Shown one piece after another: positions 1 to 9,635 of a stretch of 64,000 nt of DNA (its first letter is position 1; each line of letters opens with the position of its first letter). The stretch comes from Promethearchaeota archaeon (GTDB lineage Archaea > Asgardarchaeota > Thorarchaeia > Thorarchaeales > Thorarchaeaceae). The position numbers and the translations under genes were made by a program. The DNA lies in NCBI GenBank assembly GCA_014728035.1, contig WJMJ01000059.1, forward strand, positions 64,001 to 128,000, written 5' to 3'. The notes beneath the pieces are model-generated. The model had not been told where the DNA came from. It ran no database searches and was given only the letters and a program-made list of their open reading frames with translations.

Positions 1-192
1 ACAACCTGCATACACTCTCTCACCAGGCCACCCCTCTGCATATCGGTCTCTAAAGTCACTCACAATAGCGGACCGTACAGCCGGTGACGAGATGTTTTCT
101 GAGGCAATGAGATTTATCGTCTTACTCATCCAATTATCATGTTTTTCCAACAGGTCAAAAACCTGATCGTAAAGCTTCTTGTGATCGCTCAA
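1..192 (-). CDS. glyA: Serine hydroxymethyltransferase, N-terminal part (runs off window start)
   Basis: Manual translation from TTG at 192: [70 protein letters not shown] and YAEG.PG.R.Y.GC are SHMT signatures. Not in the ORF track. Confidence 0.93.
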   Translation of the reverse strand, partial: MSDHKKLYDQVFDLLEKHDNWMSKTINLIASENISSPAVRSAIVSDFRDRYAEGWPGERVYAGC

Positions 193-380
193 TGTCGCAC
201 TTCCTATGCTGGATGTCTGATGTCAGCTATAGTGACCTTCGTTATATCATTTCCGTCATGAATATAATATCAGAAAGATTAGTAGTATGGATTGTTTTTT
301 GAATAACTTTCATCGTAGTATTACCACAATCTCTATAAACACAAAATGAGTCCACACGTTTTGACTACTATGTCTTCATT

Positions 381-514
381 GGGCTAGTGGCTAAGCCAGG
401 CATAGCGACAGGCTCTTATTCCACTCAGCGTCCGTTGAGGTGCAGAGAGACTTGTTGGTCGTGGGTTCAAACGCTATGAGATTTCCTCGGGCGGAACGTA
501 TCCCACCTAGCCCG
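381..514 (+). tRNA. tRNA-Lys(CTT) with two introns (37/38 at 419-449; T-loop at ~471-499)
   Basis: Acceptor GGGCTAG/CTAGCCC, anticodon stem ACAGG/CTTGT with CT-CTT-A, T stem GTGGG/CCCAC. Both inserts form bulge-helix-bulge motifs (CTCT/AGAG; GTTC/GAAC). Confidence 0.9.
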
Positions 515-676
515 CCTTTCATACTTGTTTTTGGAACTGTAGTCAAGATGCTGATTCTGAAATCATCATGATGGTATAAAATCGGCAAGTACCGAAATTA
601 TGTTCGTTACCAAATGAAAGTATATATTGTGCGCTTCCACACCATATGAAAATATCAATGAGAACTTTGAGGTGAC

Positions 677-2311
677 ATGATGAGTACTATTATTACAAGT
701 AACAAATACTTTGTTTCAGTATTAATCATAACGATAATCTTTGCTGGTCTTACCTTTGGAAATCTTCCGAGTCCGGGAGTTTCAGCAGGAAGCCAAACAA
801 TTGATGGTGTTACATACAATTTTGCAGACTATGGCCAATTGAGCCATGAACAACTTGCTCTATTCAATTACTTGGATACTATTGTCAGTTCAAAGTACCA
901 AGGTTATGGAGAATGGGATGGATGGAATGCTGAAGATTTCCATGGTCTACACCACTATGTCATTGCCTTCATGAGTTATGCTGTTGCATCTATGTTCGAA
1001 ACGACTCCAGGATATCGTACATCATACTATCAGAATTTTGCGTATGACTTGGTCAAGAAGATGAATACCACAATTGACGATTGGGGCAATTCTTCAATCG
1101 AATATAAAGAGTGGGCTCATCCCGACTTTGATTTTACAGAGTATTACTATCCCAACGTCACCAATCCTGATGGAGATGACATCTATACAGGTGGATTTCG
1201 TGGTCCTGCAAACATTATGTGGACTGGTCATTATGCCTTGATGGAAACCTTGTATGAACGAAACTTCAACACTGGAGAGTTTGTTGATGAGATATCTTGG
1301 TTCATAAATGACTGGAATATCTCTCTTCTAACTGATGGGTTCGGTAATCCAAAAGAAGGTGGTATCTGGGGGGTTGGAATTATCCCTTGTGAACCCTACA
1401 TTGTCTTTTCACAATGCAATTCTATACCGATGGTTGCAACTGGGTTGTATGATAATCTCTATGCGACTGACTATCTACCAATGTGGGATTATGGCCTCAA
1501 CTTCATAAACACAGTGATGCAAGATGAGAACGATCTATATACTGATGGATATTTCATTCAAGAGCCTTTAGGATTCGTCTATGCTTCAACTGGAACCCCA
1601 CAAGAGTTTCCTGGACCTTCACTTGATCCATCTGCTGGATTACCTAAGGTGTCTTCATATGGAATTTCATGGGCATTAGCTTTCTTGGATTATTTCCAAC
1701 CAGAAGTTACTATAAATGAGTATCCTATCTTTTTAGAGAAATTCGGGCAAGAGATCTCTGGCAATCTGATGTATATGATGGACTCGTATCATCATCCCAC
1801 TGATTTTGGCACATACGAGCTTCTTGGTTCACTTTTCACAATGCTTCTGGCAAATCAGGTTCAAGATTATTCCACTCGTAACAGACTGATGAATTTCCTA
1901 TATGACTTGTACAATAAGATATGGTCTCCCGATGGTAGAACAATGTACTTTGACACAAGCTCACTTGAACCATTTCTCCAGTCGGTATTGGCTTTTGGAT
2001 ACATCTGGGCAAATAATGAGGTTTCCATCAGAGATTTGGTGGATTCCAGACAAAACGAGTTTTGGGACTACCCGTATATTAGCGAAGCGGATGACTCTCA
2101 TATTTGGGTCTATCAGGCTGAATGGGATGAATCCAAATCTGGCTTCATACTAAATCTTCGTGTAGACCAAACAGCGACATTGACTTTTGCCAATTTCGAC
2201 CATGCTCCTCATGCTTTCTTGGGTGGTAATATATTTTCAGAGCTTTCAGCCACATCCCAAGGGTACGAGCTAACATTGAATCCCGGATTATATAATCTGG
2301 TGATAGTATAG
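677..2311 (+). CDS. Secreted or membrane-anchored linalool dehydratase/isomerase-family protein
   Basis: N-terminal hydrophobic signal/anchor. Motifs NIMWTGH and GIIPCEPYIVFSQCNS match the recalled LinD motifs NIMYKGH and GIVCEPDNYFVQCNS. Extra C-terminal beta-rich domain. Confidence 0.75.
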   Translation: MMSTIITSNKYFVSVLIITIIFAGLTFGNLPSPGVSAGSQTIDGVTYNFADYGQLSHEQLALFNYLDTIVSSKYQGYGEWDGWNAEDFHGLHHYVIAFMSYAVASMFETTPGYRTSYYQNFAYDLVKKMNTTIDDWGNSSIEYKEWAHPDFDFTEYYYPNVTNPDGDDIYTGGFRGPANIMWTGHYALMETLYERNFNTGEFVDEISWFINDWNISLLTDGFGNPKEGGIWGVGIIPCEPYIVFSQCNSIPMVATGLYDNLYATDYLPMWDYGLNFINTVMQDENDLYTDGYFIQEPLGFVYASTGTPQEFPGPSLDPSAGLPKVSSYGISWALAFLDYFQPEVTINEYPIFLEKFGQEISGNLMYMMDSYHHPTDFGTYELLGSLFTMLLANQVQDYSTRNRLMNFLYDLYNKIWSPDGRTMYFDTSSLEPFLQSVLAFGYIWANNEVSIRDLVDSRQNEFWDYPYISEADDSHIWVYQAEWDESKSGFILNLRVDQTATLTFANFDHAPHAFLGGNIFSELSATSQGYELTLNPGLYNLVIV

Positions 2312-2322
2312 GCGGTGTAACT

Positions 2323-2940
2323 ATGTCTGAAACTCAAACAAAACAAAATGAAGAAACTAGTGATTCACCTTTCATTGAACGTTTTCACATAGAAAGTATT
2401 GAGATGCTTTCATTGACTATCTTATTTGGTCTGATTGGCTCGATATTGGTGTTTCTCTTAACATTGATTCCTTTCCCATATCAGACGATTTCTCTGTTCA
2501 AATTGGGTTTTGTATTTTCCTTGGCACTTATTGCGGTGATTGGTTCAATAAGAGGTCCTATCGCGGGTTTTCTATCTGGATATTTGGGTTTGATTCTCAA
2601 CGATTTCTTCATTGCTGGCACAATAGTCGGTCTGACCCTCCCAGCTGCATCTTATGGAGTTCTCGGATTTATTGTTGGGTTGGGAGTCTATGACTTCGAA
2701 AAAGGAAAATCGCTTGCAAAATTATCCATCATGTCTGCAATTGGTTTGGTATTTACTCTTTTGCTGATACTTCTTCTTGCATTGAGTTTACAGAGTTATT
2801 CTCTATTAGCTGCAATTGGATTTGTGATATTACCAATCGTAACTACTGGATTCCCTTCTGTAATTCTATTACCTCCGATTCTGGCAAGATTATGGCTTCT
2901 ATTCATGAATCGTTTCCTGCCTGATTTTGCGCCTGACTAA
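2323..2940 (+). CDS. ECF transporter S component (substrate unknown)
   Basis: About 5-6 TM helices with GPIAGFLSGYLG..LND motif typical of S components. 11 bp after the LinD-like gene. Confidence 0.7.
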   Translation: MSETQTKQNEETSDSPFIERFHIESIEMLSLTILFGLIGSILVFLLTLIPFPYQTISLFKLGFVFSLALIAVIGSIRGPIAGFLSGYLGLILNDFFIAGTIVGLTLPAASYGVLGFIVGLGVYDFEKGKSLAKLSIMSAIGLVFTLLLILLLALSLQSYSLLAAIGFVILPIVTTGFPSVILLPPILARLWLLFMNRFLPDFAPD

Positions 2941-2945
2941 TATTA

Positions 2946-2972
2946 GAGGGCCTTTTGGTCCTCACTTTTTTT
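2946..2972 (+). terminator. Hairpin plus T-tract terminator
   Basis: GAGGGCC-TTTT-GGTCCTC followed by a T run just after the S-component stop. Confidence 0.6.
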
Positions 2973-3121
2973 GAATTTTAATCCAAAACAAAAGATTAAT
3001 TAACAATAGTTACTAGAAGTACGTTGAGATTGAGGTGTCATCGCAAATTTTGATGAATCTTATAGAATCTCAGACAATTATGAAATGATGCAGTTGCATC
3101 AGATGTAGAGGAGTCATAGAA

Positions 3122-3772
3122 ATGGAAACAGTAGAGGAACATAAACGAATGCTTCTGATTGGAGAACAGGTCCCCGATTTTGAAACCAATACCACCCATG
3201 GCCACATCAAATTCTCAGAGTGGGCCAAGGATAGCTGGGTGATTCTTTTCTCCCATCCTGCTGATTTTACTCCGGTTTGTACTACTGAGTTTATTGGATT
3301 CAGTGAGATTCATCCGGAACTGAAAAAACGAAACGTCAAACTCATTGGATTAAGTATAGATAGTGTATATTCACATATTGCTTGGGTTCGAACAATTAAA
3401 GAAAAAATGGGTGTAGATATACCCTTCCCAATAATTGAAGATTTGAGCATGGATGTTGCAAAGAAATACGGAATGCTTCATCCCGCACAGAGCTCAACTT
3501 CTGCTGTGCGTGCAGTCTTCTTTATTGACCCCGAGTTTAAACTTCGTGCACTGATCTATTATCCTTTGAGTAATGGTAGAAGTATGAGTGAAATTCTAAG
3601 AATCATTGATGCTTTTCAAACTTCTGACAAGCATGGCGTTGCGACGCCCGCAAATTGGGAACCTGGAAAAGAAGTAATAGTACCTCCTCCAAAAACCCAA
3701 GAAGCAGCGGAAAAACGCTTGGCAGAAGGATATGATTGCAAAGACTGGTTCTTTTGCAAGAAGAAACTATAA
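3122..3772 (+). CDS. Peroxiredoxin (Prx6/archaeal AhpC type)
   Basis: FSHPADFTPVCTTE peroxidatic motif; C-terminal CKDWFFC. Confidence 0.95.
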   Translation: METVEEHKRMLLIGEQVPDFETNTTHGHIKFSEWAKDSWVILFSHPADFTPVCTTEFIGFSEIHPELKKRNVKLIGLSIDSVYSHIAWVRTIKEKMGVDIPFPIIEDLSMDVAKKYGMLHPAQSSTSAVRAVFFIDPEFKLRALIYYPLSNGRSMSEILRIIDAFQTSDKHGVATPANWEPGKEVIVPPPKTQEAAEKRLAEGYDCKDWFFCKKKL

Positions 3773-3887
3773 TCAAATAGGGGCGCAATGCCCACTTTCT
3801 TTTTTTATGAATCAATTATCTGAAAAGTAGCCAGACTTATAGGTAGCAATTTATCAGATTATTCCAATAGTCTTGGAGTGTCTTAGA

Positions 3888-4691
3888 ATGATATTCAATC
3901 CATTGGGTTCTGATCTTCAGATATTATGGGATTTTATTGCAACTTTTCTGTCCTTCTTGCTTGTACTTATTGTTGTTCAAATCAATGGTGCAATTCAGAA
4001 GAGCGGGAAATTATCAGCTGATATAACTCGAAAAATTGTACATATCTTTGCAGCACCTGTGTATCTAGTTAGCTGGATGCTATTCTCCGGTGGCTCCTTG
4101 AGTAGGTTCTTTGCAATGATTGTGCCTTTGCTATTCGTTATTCTTTTCGTTTCTATTGGTACTGGAAAGGTAGTAAATGAGGCATTTGTAGGTTCGATGT
4201 CTCGTTCTGGAAACCCTCGAGAGTTACTTGGTGGTACTCTCTATTACGCACTGATGCTTGTAATCGTAACTGTTCTTTGGTTCTATGTTCCATCTGATGC
4301 CCTTGGTAATCCAACTCCAATAGCTTTCATTGTCTTTGGATGCGTAGCTGGCGGCGATGGGTTGGCTGATGTTATAGGACGAAAATATGGTGGTGAGAAG
4401 AAATTTGGAATTGGTGGAGCTGAACGTACAGTAATCGGATCAATTGCCATGTTTATTGGATCTTTTCTATTCAGTTTCCTCTTAATTGCAATATTTTCAC
4501 TAGAGGTTGGATTTTCTATTACACTCATGATTCTTCCCGTTCTTATTCTTAGTATCGTTGCTACGATTACTGAGGCTCTGTCTCCAAAGGGGCTGGATAA
4601 TTGGACAGTACCAATTGTATTGGTTATTGTGATTGTAATTATGGGCTTATTCCTACCTACACTCTGGCCATATCCACTATTAACTATCTAA
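3888..4691 (+). CDS. CTP-dependent prenol kinase family (phytol/farnesol/dolichol kinase-like) membrane protein
   Basis: RKIVHI, GTLYY, GDGLADVIGRKYG, RTVIGS and DNWTVP motifs; multi-TM. ATG at 3888 preferred over TTG 3873. Confidence 0.82.
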   Translation: MIFNPLGSDLQILWDFIATFLSFLLVLIVVQINGAIQKSGKLSADITRKIVHIFAAPVYLVSWMLFSGGSLSRFFAMIVPLLFVILFVSIGTGKVVNEAFVGSMSRSGNPRELLGGTLYYALMLVIVTVLWFYVPSDALGNPTPIAFIVFGCVAGGDGLADVIGRKYGGEKKFGIGGAERTVIGSIAMFIGSFLFSFLLIAIFSLEVGFSITLMILPVLILSIVATITEALSPKGLDNWTVPIVLVIVIVIMGLFLPTLWPYPLLTI

Positions 4692-4706
4692 TGAGGTTCC
4701 AACTTC

Positions 4707-5525
4707 ATGAGCTCTCACTTGACTGTCTTGAAACTTGGTGGCTCTTTGCTTACCGATAAATCCCATCCATATGTAGTCCGAGAAGACATCATTGCTTCAG
4801 TATCCAAAGAAATCAGGGAATGTATGGATTCAGGACTCATTCAGTTTCTTGTATTAGTTCATGGAGTTGGCTCCTATGGACACCCTCCTGTTCTTGAACA
4901 TAAACTGCACAAGGGATTTCTCGGAACTGAACAATTACTTCCGATTTCAAAGACTCAAGCGATAGTTGGCGAATTTCGAGCCCTGCTTGTGAAACATCTT
5001 CAAGAAGCAGAGATTCCCGTTTGCCTGATGTATCCTTCGTCTATGATAATTGCTGAGAAGATGAAGATAATTGATTTCTATCTAGAGCCCCTCAAAGCTT
5101 GGTTGAAGATGGGTACGGTTCCCCTTTTAGGCGGAGATATGCTTGTTGATACTGCTATGGGCTGGTCTGTAGGTAGTGGTGACCAAATGGCAGTAATCTT
5201 GAGTAAAGAATTGTGTGCCAAACGTCTTATCTTCGCGTCGGATGTTTCAGGAATCTATGAATCAGAACCAAAAGAAAACCCAGATGCTCAAATCATCCAT
5301 GAAATAAATTTGAATGAAGTTGACTCTATACTTGAGAGACTCAGCAAATCGGGTACAAAAGATGCAAGTGGTGCAATGAAAGGAAAACTACATTCAATAC
5401 TTCCTGCAAAAGACTTGATTGAGAATGGGCTTGATGTTACCATAATGTCGATGATGAAATATGGCACTCTAACAAAACTACTAGAAAATGAAGAAGATAT
5501 TGGTACGAAAATTGTTTCCAAGTAG
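4707..5525 (+). CDS. ipk: Isopentenyl phosphate kinase
   Basis: Amino-acid-kinase fold KLGGSLLTDK, HGVGSYGH (IPK-specific His), SGD, D.SGAMKGK. Confidence 0.85.
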   Translation: MSSHLTVLKLGGSLLTDKSHPYVVREDIIASVSKEIRECMDSGLIQFLVLVHGVGSYGHPPVLEHKLHKGFLGTEQLLPISKTQAIVGEFRALLVKHLQEAEIPVCLMYPSSMIIAEKMKIIDFYLEPLKAWLKMGTVPLLGGDMLVDTAMGWSVGSGDQMAVILSKELCAKRLIFASDVSGIYESEPKENPDAQIIHEINLNEVDSILERLSKSGTKDASGAMKGKLHSILPAKDLIENGLDVTIMSMMKYGTLTKLLENEEDIGTKIVSK

Positions 5526-5566
5526 TAAAAATAATCTGTTCTTGCTTATCTTCTCTCATTGAGGAG

Positions 5567-6640
5567 TTGTATTTGTCTGTACCAACACGATCTCAGCAAA
5601 ATTATCGAGACCGTGATATATTTAGAGACGCGAAAGATCGAATCTATGTCACACTTGGTCATATTCAACCAAAAGACGGAATCATCTCAACTTTGAAGTA
5701 TGTACCTGATAGGAAAGGGAAATGGCAGTCACAGGGAATCCGTTATCGAAGGGTATTTTCAAATAATGTGGAAAGTGTTACGGGTGGTCAAGGGATTTTG
5801 CCAGATGACTATTATGATGATAGCCATTTTGGTATTCCATTACTAAAGTTTCCAAAACATGAGGTCACTCAATATTACTCTCCTGAGAAACGTCTAGAAT
5901 CTCTTCTAGAAACTGGATGTAATGATCCGTTAGAACAGACTGCTGTTGAATTATCGCAAATTCTTCATGATAATTTGGATATTCCCTTCAATCATTTGGG
6001 TGTAACTGGTAGTATTGCATGGCATGCTCACAATCCCGGCTTCTCAGATATCAACTTAAACATTCATGGATATGAGTGGAGTTGGATATTAGAACAAGGC
6101 TATTCTGAACTGGTTGAGGAAAATACTGAATTACAGATGAAAAAAGGAAATCTTTGGGATGACTCAATAGCACGTGCCGCTAAACGGATTCCTGTTCTTC
6201 GTTCTAGTGCATTAAAGAGGCTTTTCACTCGACGTACGCAACTAATGTATAATGGACATGGAGTTACTATTATGCCAGTCCTGTACTCTTCCGAATCTCC
6301 AATTAGATATGGTTCTGAGAAGTATTATACTCTTGATTTAGTCATATCTGATTTTAAAATCAAATCTTCAAGGTATGGTATTTTCTTCCCTGCAATCTAT
6401 GATGTCACTGGAGAAGTCCAATATGAAACACAAATTCTGTCAATTAATCGGCTCTTAATCTATGATGGTACCTTTCGAGGCTTATTTCATCCAGAAGACC
6501 AAATTCAAGTATGTGGCACTCTTCAAAGAGTGGAATCATCTGAACAAAAATCACCTTTTCATCAGATTATGATTGGCACTAAATCTGGTAGCGGCAGAGA
6601 ATTCATCAAATTAACTAGACCATCACAGTCATATCTGTAA
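5567..6640 (+). CDS. Archaeal predicted nucleotidyltransferase (COG1665-like)
   Basis: GVTGS...SDI Pol-beta-type motif; LKYVP; C-terminal OB-like region. Confidence 0.6.
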   Translation: MYLSVPTRSQQNYRDRDIFRDAKDRIYVTLGHIQPKDGIISTLKYVPDRKGKWQSQGIRYRRVFSNNVESVTGGQGILPDDYYDDSHFGIPLLKFPKHEVTQYYSPEKRLESLLETGCNDPLEQTAVELSQILHDNLDIPFNHLGVTGSIAWHAHNPGFSDINLNIHGYEWSWILEQGYSELVEENTELQMKKGNLWDDSIARAAKRIPVLRSSALKRLFTRRTQLMYNGHGVTIMPVLYSSESPIRYGSEKYYTLDLVISDFKIKSSRYGIFFPAIYDVTGEVQYETQILSINRLLIYDGTFRGLFHPEDQIQVCGTLQRVESSEQKSPFHQIMIGTKSGSGREFIKLTRPSQSYL

Positions 6641-6685
6641 ATCTTGAGTTTGATATTAATTAATCAGAAAAGGACCTTGCTATAT

Positions 6686-7747
6686 ATGAGTTCGAAAAAG
6701 CCCTCCATATCTGTCCCTATTTCCTTTGGAGAGAACACTCGGAAGGCCCTTTTGGAAGCAGACCTTTTGGACATTTCATTTAAAATCCGTTCAGTGAATG
6801 GCACTTTGCTTCTTCCTTTGACCAAAGAACTTACCGAGAATGAATTATTTCGTTTACTTGGGCATGATGAGTTTCAAATAGAACATGAAGAATTCGAATC
6901 TATTCCCTCAAGTCCCCGAACTCTTGCAGAAGTAATGTCTGATGAGTTATCTCCTAGTGAACTAGAACTTTTACCTCGCGCATATGATTTGATTGGTGAT
7001 ATAGCTATTCTCGAGATTCCTGAAGAATTGATTCAGTATAAAGATAAAATTGGTGAAGCATTCCGATCTCTTCACAAGAACGTATCCGTTGTATTAGCAA
7101 AGCAGGGTGCAATTTCTGGAACTACACGAATACGTGATTATGATTTGATTGCTGGTGAGCATCGGACCAATACGACTCATATCGAGTATGGTTGTAGAAT
7201 TGCAGTTGATTTGGCAAAGGCATACTTCAGCCCTCGTTTGTTAGAGGAACATAATCGGATAGCAAAACAAGTCACTCCTGGTGAAACTATCATTGACATG
7301 TTCACTGGAGTAGGTCCTTTTCCACTGCACATAGCTAAAGAAACGGACGCGATAGTCTTTGCTATCGATATTAATCCTGATGCAATCTCACTCCTGAAAA
7401 AAAGTATGAAATTAAACAAATTTGTAGGTCGAATCACTCCAATTATTGCGGATGCGGAGTTATATGTGACAGAAAATTTCGACAGTAATGCTGACCGAGT
7501 GATAATGAATCATCCTTCTGGTGCTAGCTCATTTGTCAAAGCAGCATGTATAGCATTGAAACCCGACGGTATAATGCACTACTATGATTTCGTGGGTGGT
7601 GATGACCCTGAAGCATTAATGATTTCGCGTTTGAAAAGTTTAATCAAATCTGCTGGATATAGCATTGATCAAGTATTGCATGTTAGACGGGTTCGAGATA
7701 GTGCTCCGTATGAGTATCAGATGGCTGTAGATGTAGTTATTCAATAA
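6686..7747 (+). CDS. trm5: Trm5/Taw2-family tRNA methyltransferase (m1G37)
   Basis: YDLIGDIAI, YFSPRL..E..RI, DMFTGVGPF, DINP. ATG at 6686 likely. Confidence 0.85.
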   Translation: MSSKKPSISVPISFGENTRKALLEADLLDISFKIRSVNGTLLLPLTKELTENELFRLLGHDEFQIEHEEFESIPSSPRTLAEVMSDELSPSELELLPRAYDLIGDIAILEIPEELIQYKDKIGEAFRSLHKNVSVVLAKQGAISGTTRIRDYDLIAGEHRTNTTHIEYGCRIAVDLAKAYFSPRLLEEHNRIAKQVTPGETIIDMFTGVGPFPLHIAKETDAIVFAIDINPDAISLLKKSMKLNKFVGRITPIIADAELYVTENFDSNADRVIMNHPSGASSFVKAACIALKPDGIMHYYDFVGGDDPEALMISRLKSLIKSAGYSIDQVLHVRRVRDSAPYEYQMAVDVVIQ

Positions 7748-8162
7748 TGAATTCTAATGTACAATGAACTATCTGATTCGGATTTTTTGCTAATTCTACA
7801 AATTCTCTATCCAAGTCAATTGATGCTTTGTCTGCTTTTATCATCAGAGTTCTATCACATTCAAAATTGCTCTTACGTATCACCATACTAATTCCATTAG
7901 TATAAGTCAGTCCATTCCCCCCACTTCCTTTGATTACTTCGGATTTCCCTCCAATTTGCATTCGTAGAATTATTTTTGTGTCACTGTGCTTTGCTATTTG
8001 TTTTATTTCATCAGAAAGATCTCTTAGAGTAAGATTTGCTTTTGTTCCTATAATACAATTTCCACGTTTTGTTAGTGTTCTTTCTGAAGTCAATTCTAAT
8101 GTGCTTCTATGAGTAGCCATAACATTTTCATGACCATATACACTGAATTTTACATTAGTCAT
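7737..8162 (-). CDS. DUF371 family protein
   Basis: GHENV.ATH.STLE.T, LT.RG.CIIG, RKS.F...RTL.I.ADK motifs. Confidence 0.85.
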   Translation of the reverse strand: MTNVKFSVYGHENVMATHRSTLELTSERTLTKRGNCIIGTKANLTLRDLSDEIKQIAKHSDTKIILRMQIGGKSEVIKGSGGNGLTYTNGISMVIRKSNFECDRTLMIKADKASIDLDREFVELAKNPNQIVHCTLEFIIE

Positions 8163-8219
8163 ACAAAATCCATGTCATTAAGCCTTTAAGATTGCATATA
8201 TTTAGTATATCTGATTTCA

Positions 8220-8897
8220 ATGTCAACTGATGATTTGTTACAGAAGAAGGACTCTTTGATTGCTCGATTAAAAGCGAAAGGCTATTTGAAGAGTGAAACT
8301 GTAGAAAGGGCAGTTAGAAAAGTACCACGCGAAGAATTTGTTCCGACAAAAGTTCTCAATCAATCTTATGTTGACAGGCCTCTATCGATCCATCATGGAC
8401 AAACAATTTCCGCTCCGCATATGTGTGTGATAATGTGTGAGACAATGAAGTTAGAGGAGGGGCATTCTGTTCTTGAAATTGGTGCTGGTTCTGGGTATCA
8501 TGCTGCATTATGTGCTGAAATTGTAGCTCCTGAAAAATCATCAAATCCTGGGCATATTTACACTATTGAAATTGTTGAATCACTAATCAAATATGCAGAA
8601 AAAAATCTGGAGCGTTCAGGATACTCAGATAGAGTTACTCTGATTCATGGCGATGGCGGCAAGGGATATTCTGAGAGAGCACCGTATGATCGGGTCCTGG
8701 TGACTGCTGCAGCTCCAGAAATACCAAAGCCATTAATCGAACAATTGGCACCTAATGGTATTATGGCAATCCCTGTTGGATCCAGAGGATGGTACCAAGA
8801 ACTAAAAATTGTTCACAAAGACTCGGACGGAAAAATTAAGATTGACCGTTGGGGCGGTGTTGCTTTCGTTCCTCTTACTGGTGAGTTTGGTCATTAA
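8220..8897 (+). CDS. pcm: Protein-L-isoaspartate O-methyltransferase
   Basis: GQTISAPHM, VLEIGAGSGY, APYDR, VAFVPL. Confidence 0.95.
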   Translation: MSTDDLLQKKDSLIARLKAKGYLKSETVERAVRKVPREEFVPTKVLNQSYVDRPLSIHHGQTISAPHMCVIMCETMKLEEGHSVLEIGAGSGYHAALCAEIVAPEKSSNPGHIYTIEIVESLIKYAEKNLERSGYSDRVTLIHGDGGKGYSERAPYDRVLVTAAAPEIPKPLIEQLAPNGIMAIPVGSRGWYQELKIVHKDSDGKIKIDRWGGVAFVPLTGEFGH

Positions 8898-9574
8898 GTT
8901 CTCAAGTGTAAGGGGATTATTGAGAGCTTGACTTCGTCATGGTTGGCTATTTTCAATTCCTCTCTGATATTTACAGGTGCGATGATTTCCAATATATTTT
9001 GACTATGATGTGTTCTTTGTGCGATGACTATAGCAGCTTCAATTTTGTCATTAACTCTCACTCTGTAACAGATAACATCACCAAAGGTTCTACCATCATG
9101 ACTGAAACCTTGTACGATTAGTGGTGGAGTGTGTTTCATTCTACTGATTGCTTTCCTAGAAACTTCGTTGTTTATTTTTACATTAAGAGTGCCTGCATAT
9201 GGTTTAAAGCCTAGAACTTCTGTGAATTTCTCCGAATAGACTTCGACATAATATGCCCCTTCACCTATACCTTCAACAACCTCTCCTCGAATTACAATCT
9301 TATCACTAGGAGGTGCCATGGCAATTTCTAGATTGTTGTATACCCTATCGAGTTCCTTTAGTCCTCTCGGAGTAATTTTTAGAATCATTCCACTGGCTGT
9401 ATGCGCCCGTGTAACTAGACCTTCATCTACACAATCGGTTATTCTCCTTGAAGCAGTCTGCTGACTCAGTTCAAGTGCGTTACCCAACTCTCTTGTAGTC
9501 ATAGTCACATTTCGATGGATTGCACCTTTACAGGCCAATGTATACAATGTAAACCATGTATCTGGTGAAGTCAT
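8894..9574 (-). CDS. ribK: CTP-dependent riboflavin kinase with N-terminal winged HTH
   Basis: SQQTASR HTH; G.GEGAYY, PYAGTLN, LEIIAP. Confidence 0.9.
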   Translation of the reverse strand: MTSPDTWFTLYTLACKGAIHRNVTMTTRELGNALELSQQTASRRITDCVDEGLVTRAHTASGMILKITPRGLKELDRVYNNLEIAMAPPSDKIVIRGEVVEGIGEGAYYVEVYSEKFTEVLGFKPYAGTLNVKINNEVSRKAISRMKHTPPLIVQGFSHDGRTFGDVICYRVRVNDKIEAAIVIAQRTHHSQNILEIIAPVNIREELKIANHDEVKLSIIPLHLRT

Positions 9575-9635
9575 TGTGTTTCGAACTCGCTTTCATCTTA
9601 TGAATAATCGGATATGTGCGGCAGAAAACTCTTTC

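Noticed and set aside
391-588. 65-aa minus-strand ORF
   Set aside because: Antisense to the intron-containing tRNA-Lys.
3122-3772. Possible selenocysteine peroxiredoxin
   Set aside because: The peroxidatic residue is encoded as Cys (TGT); no in-frame TGA.
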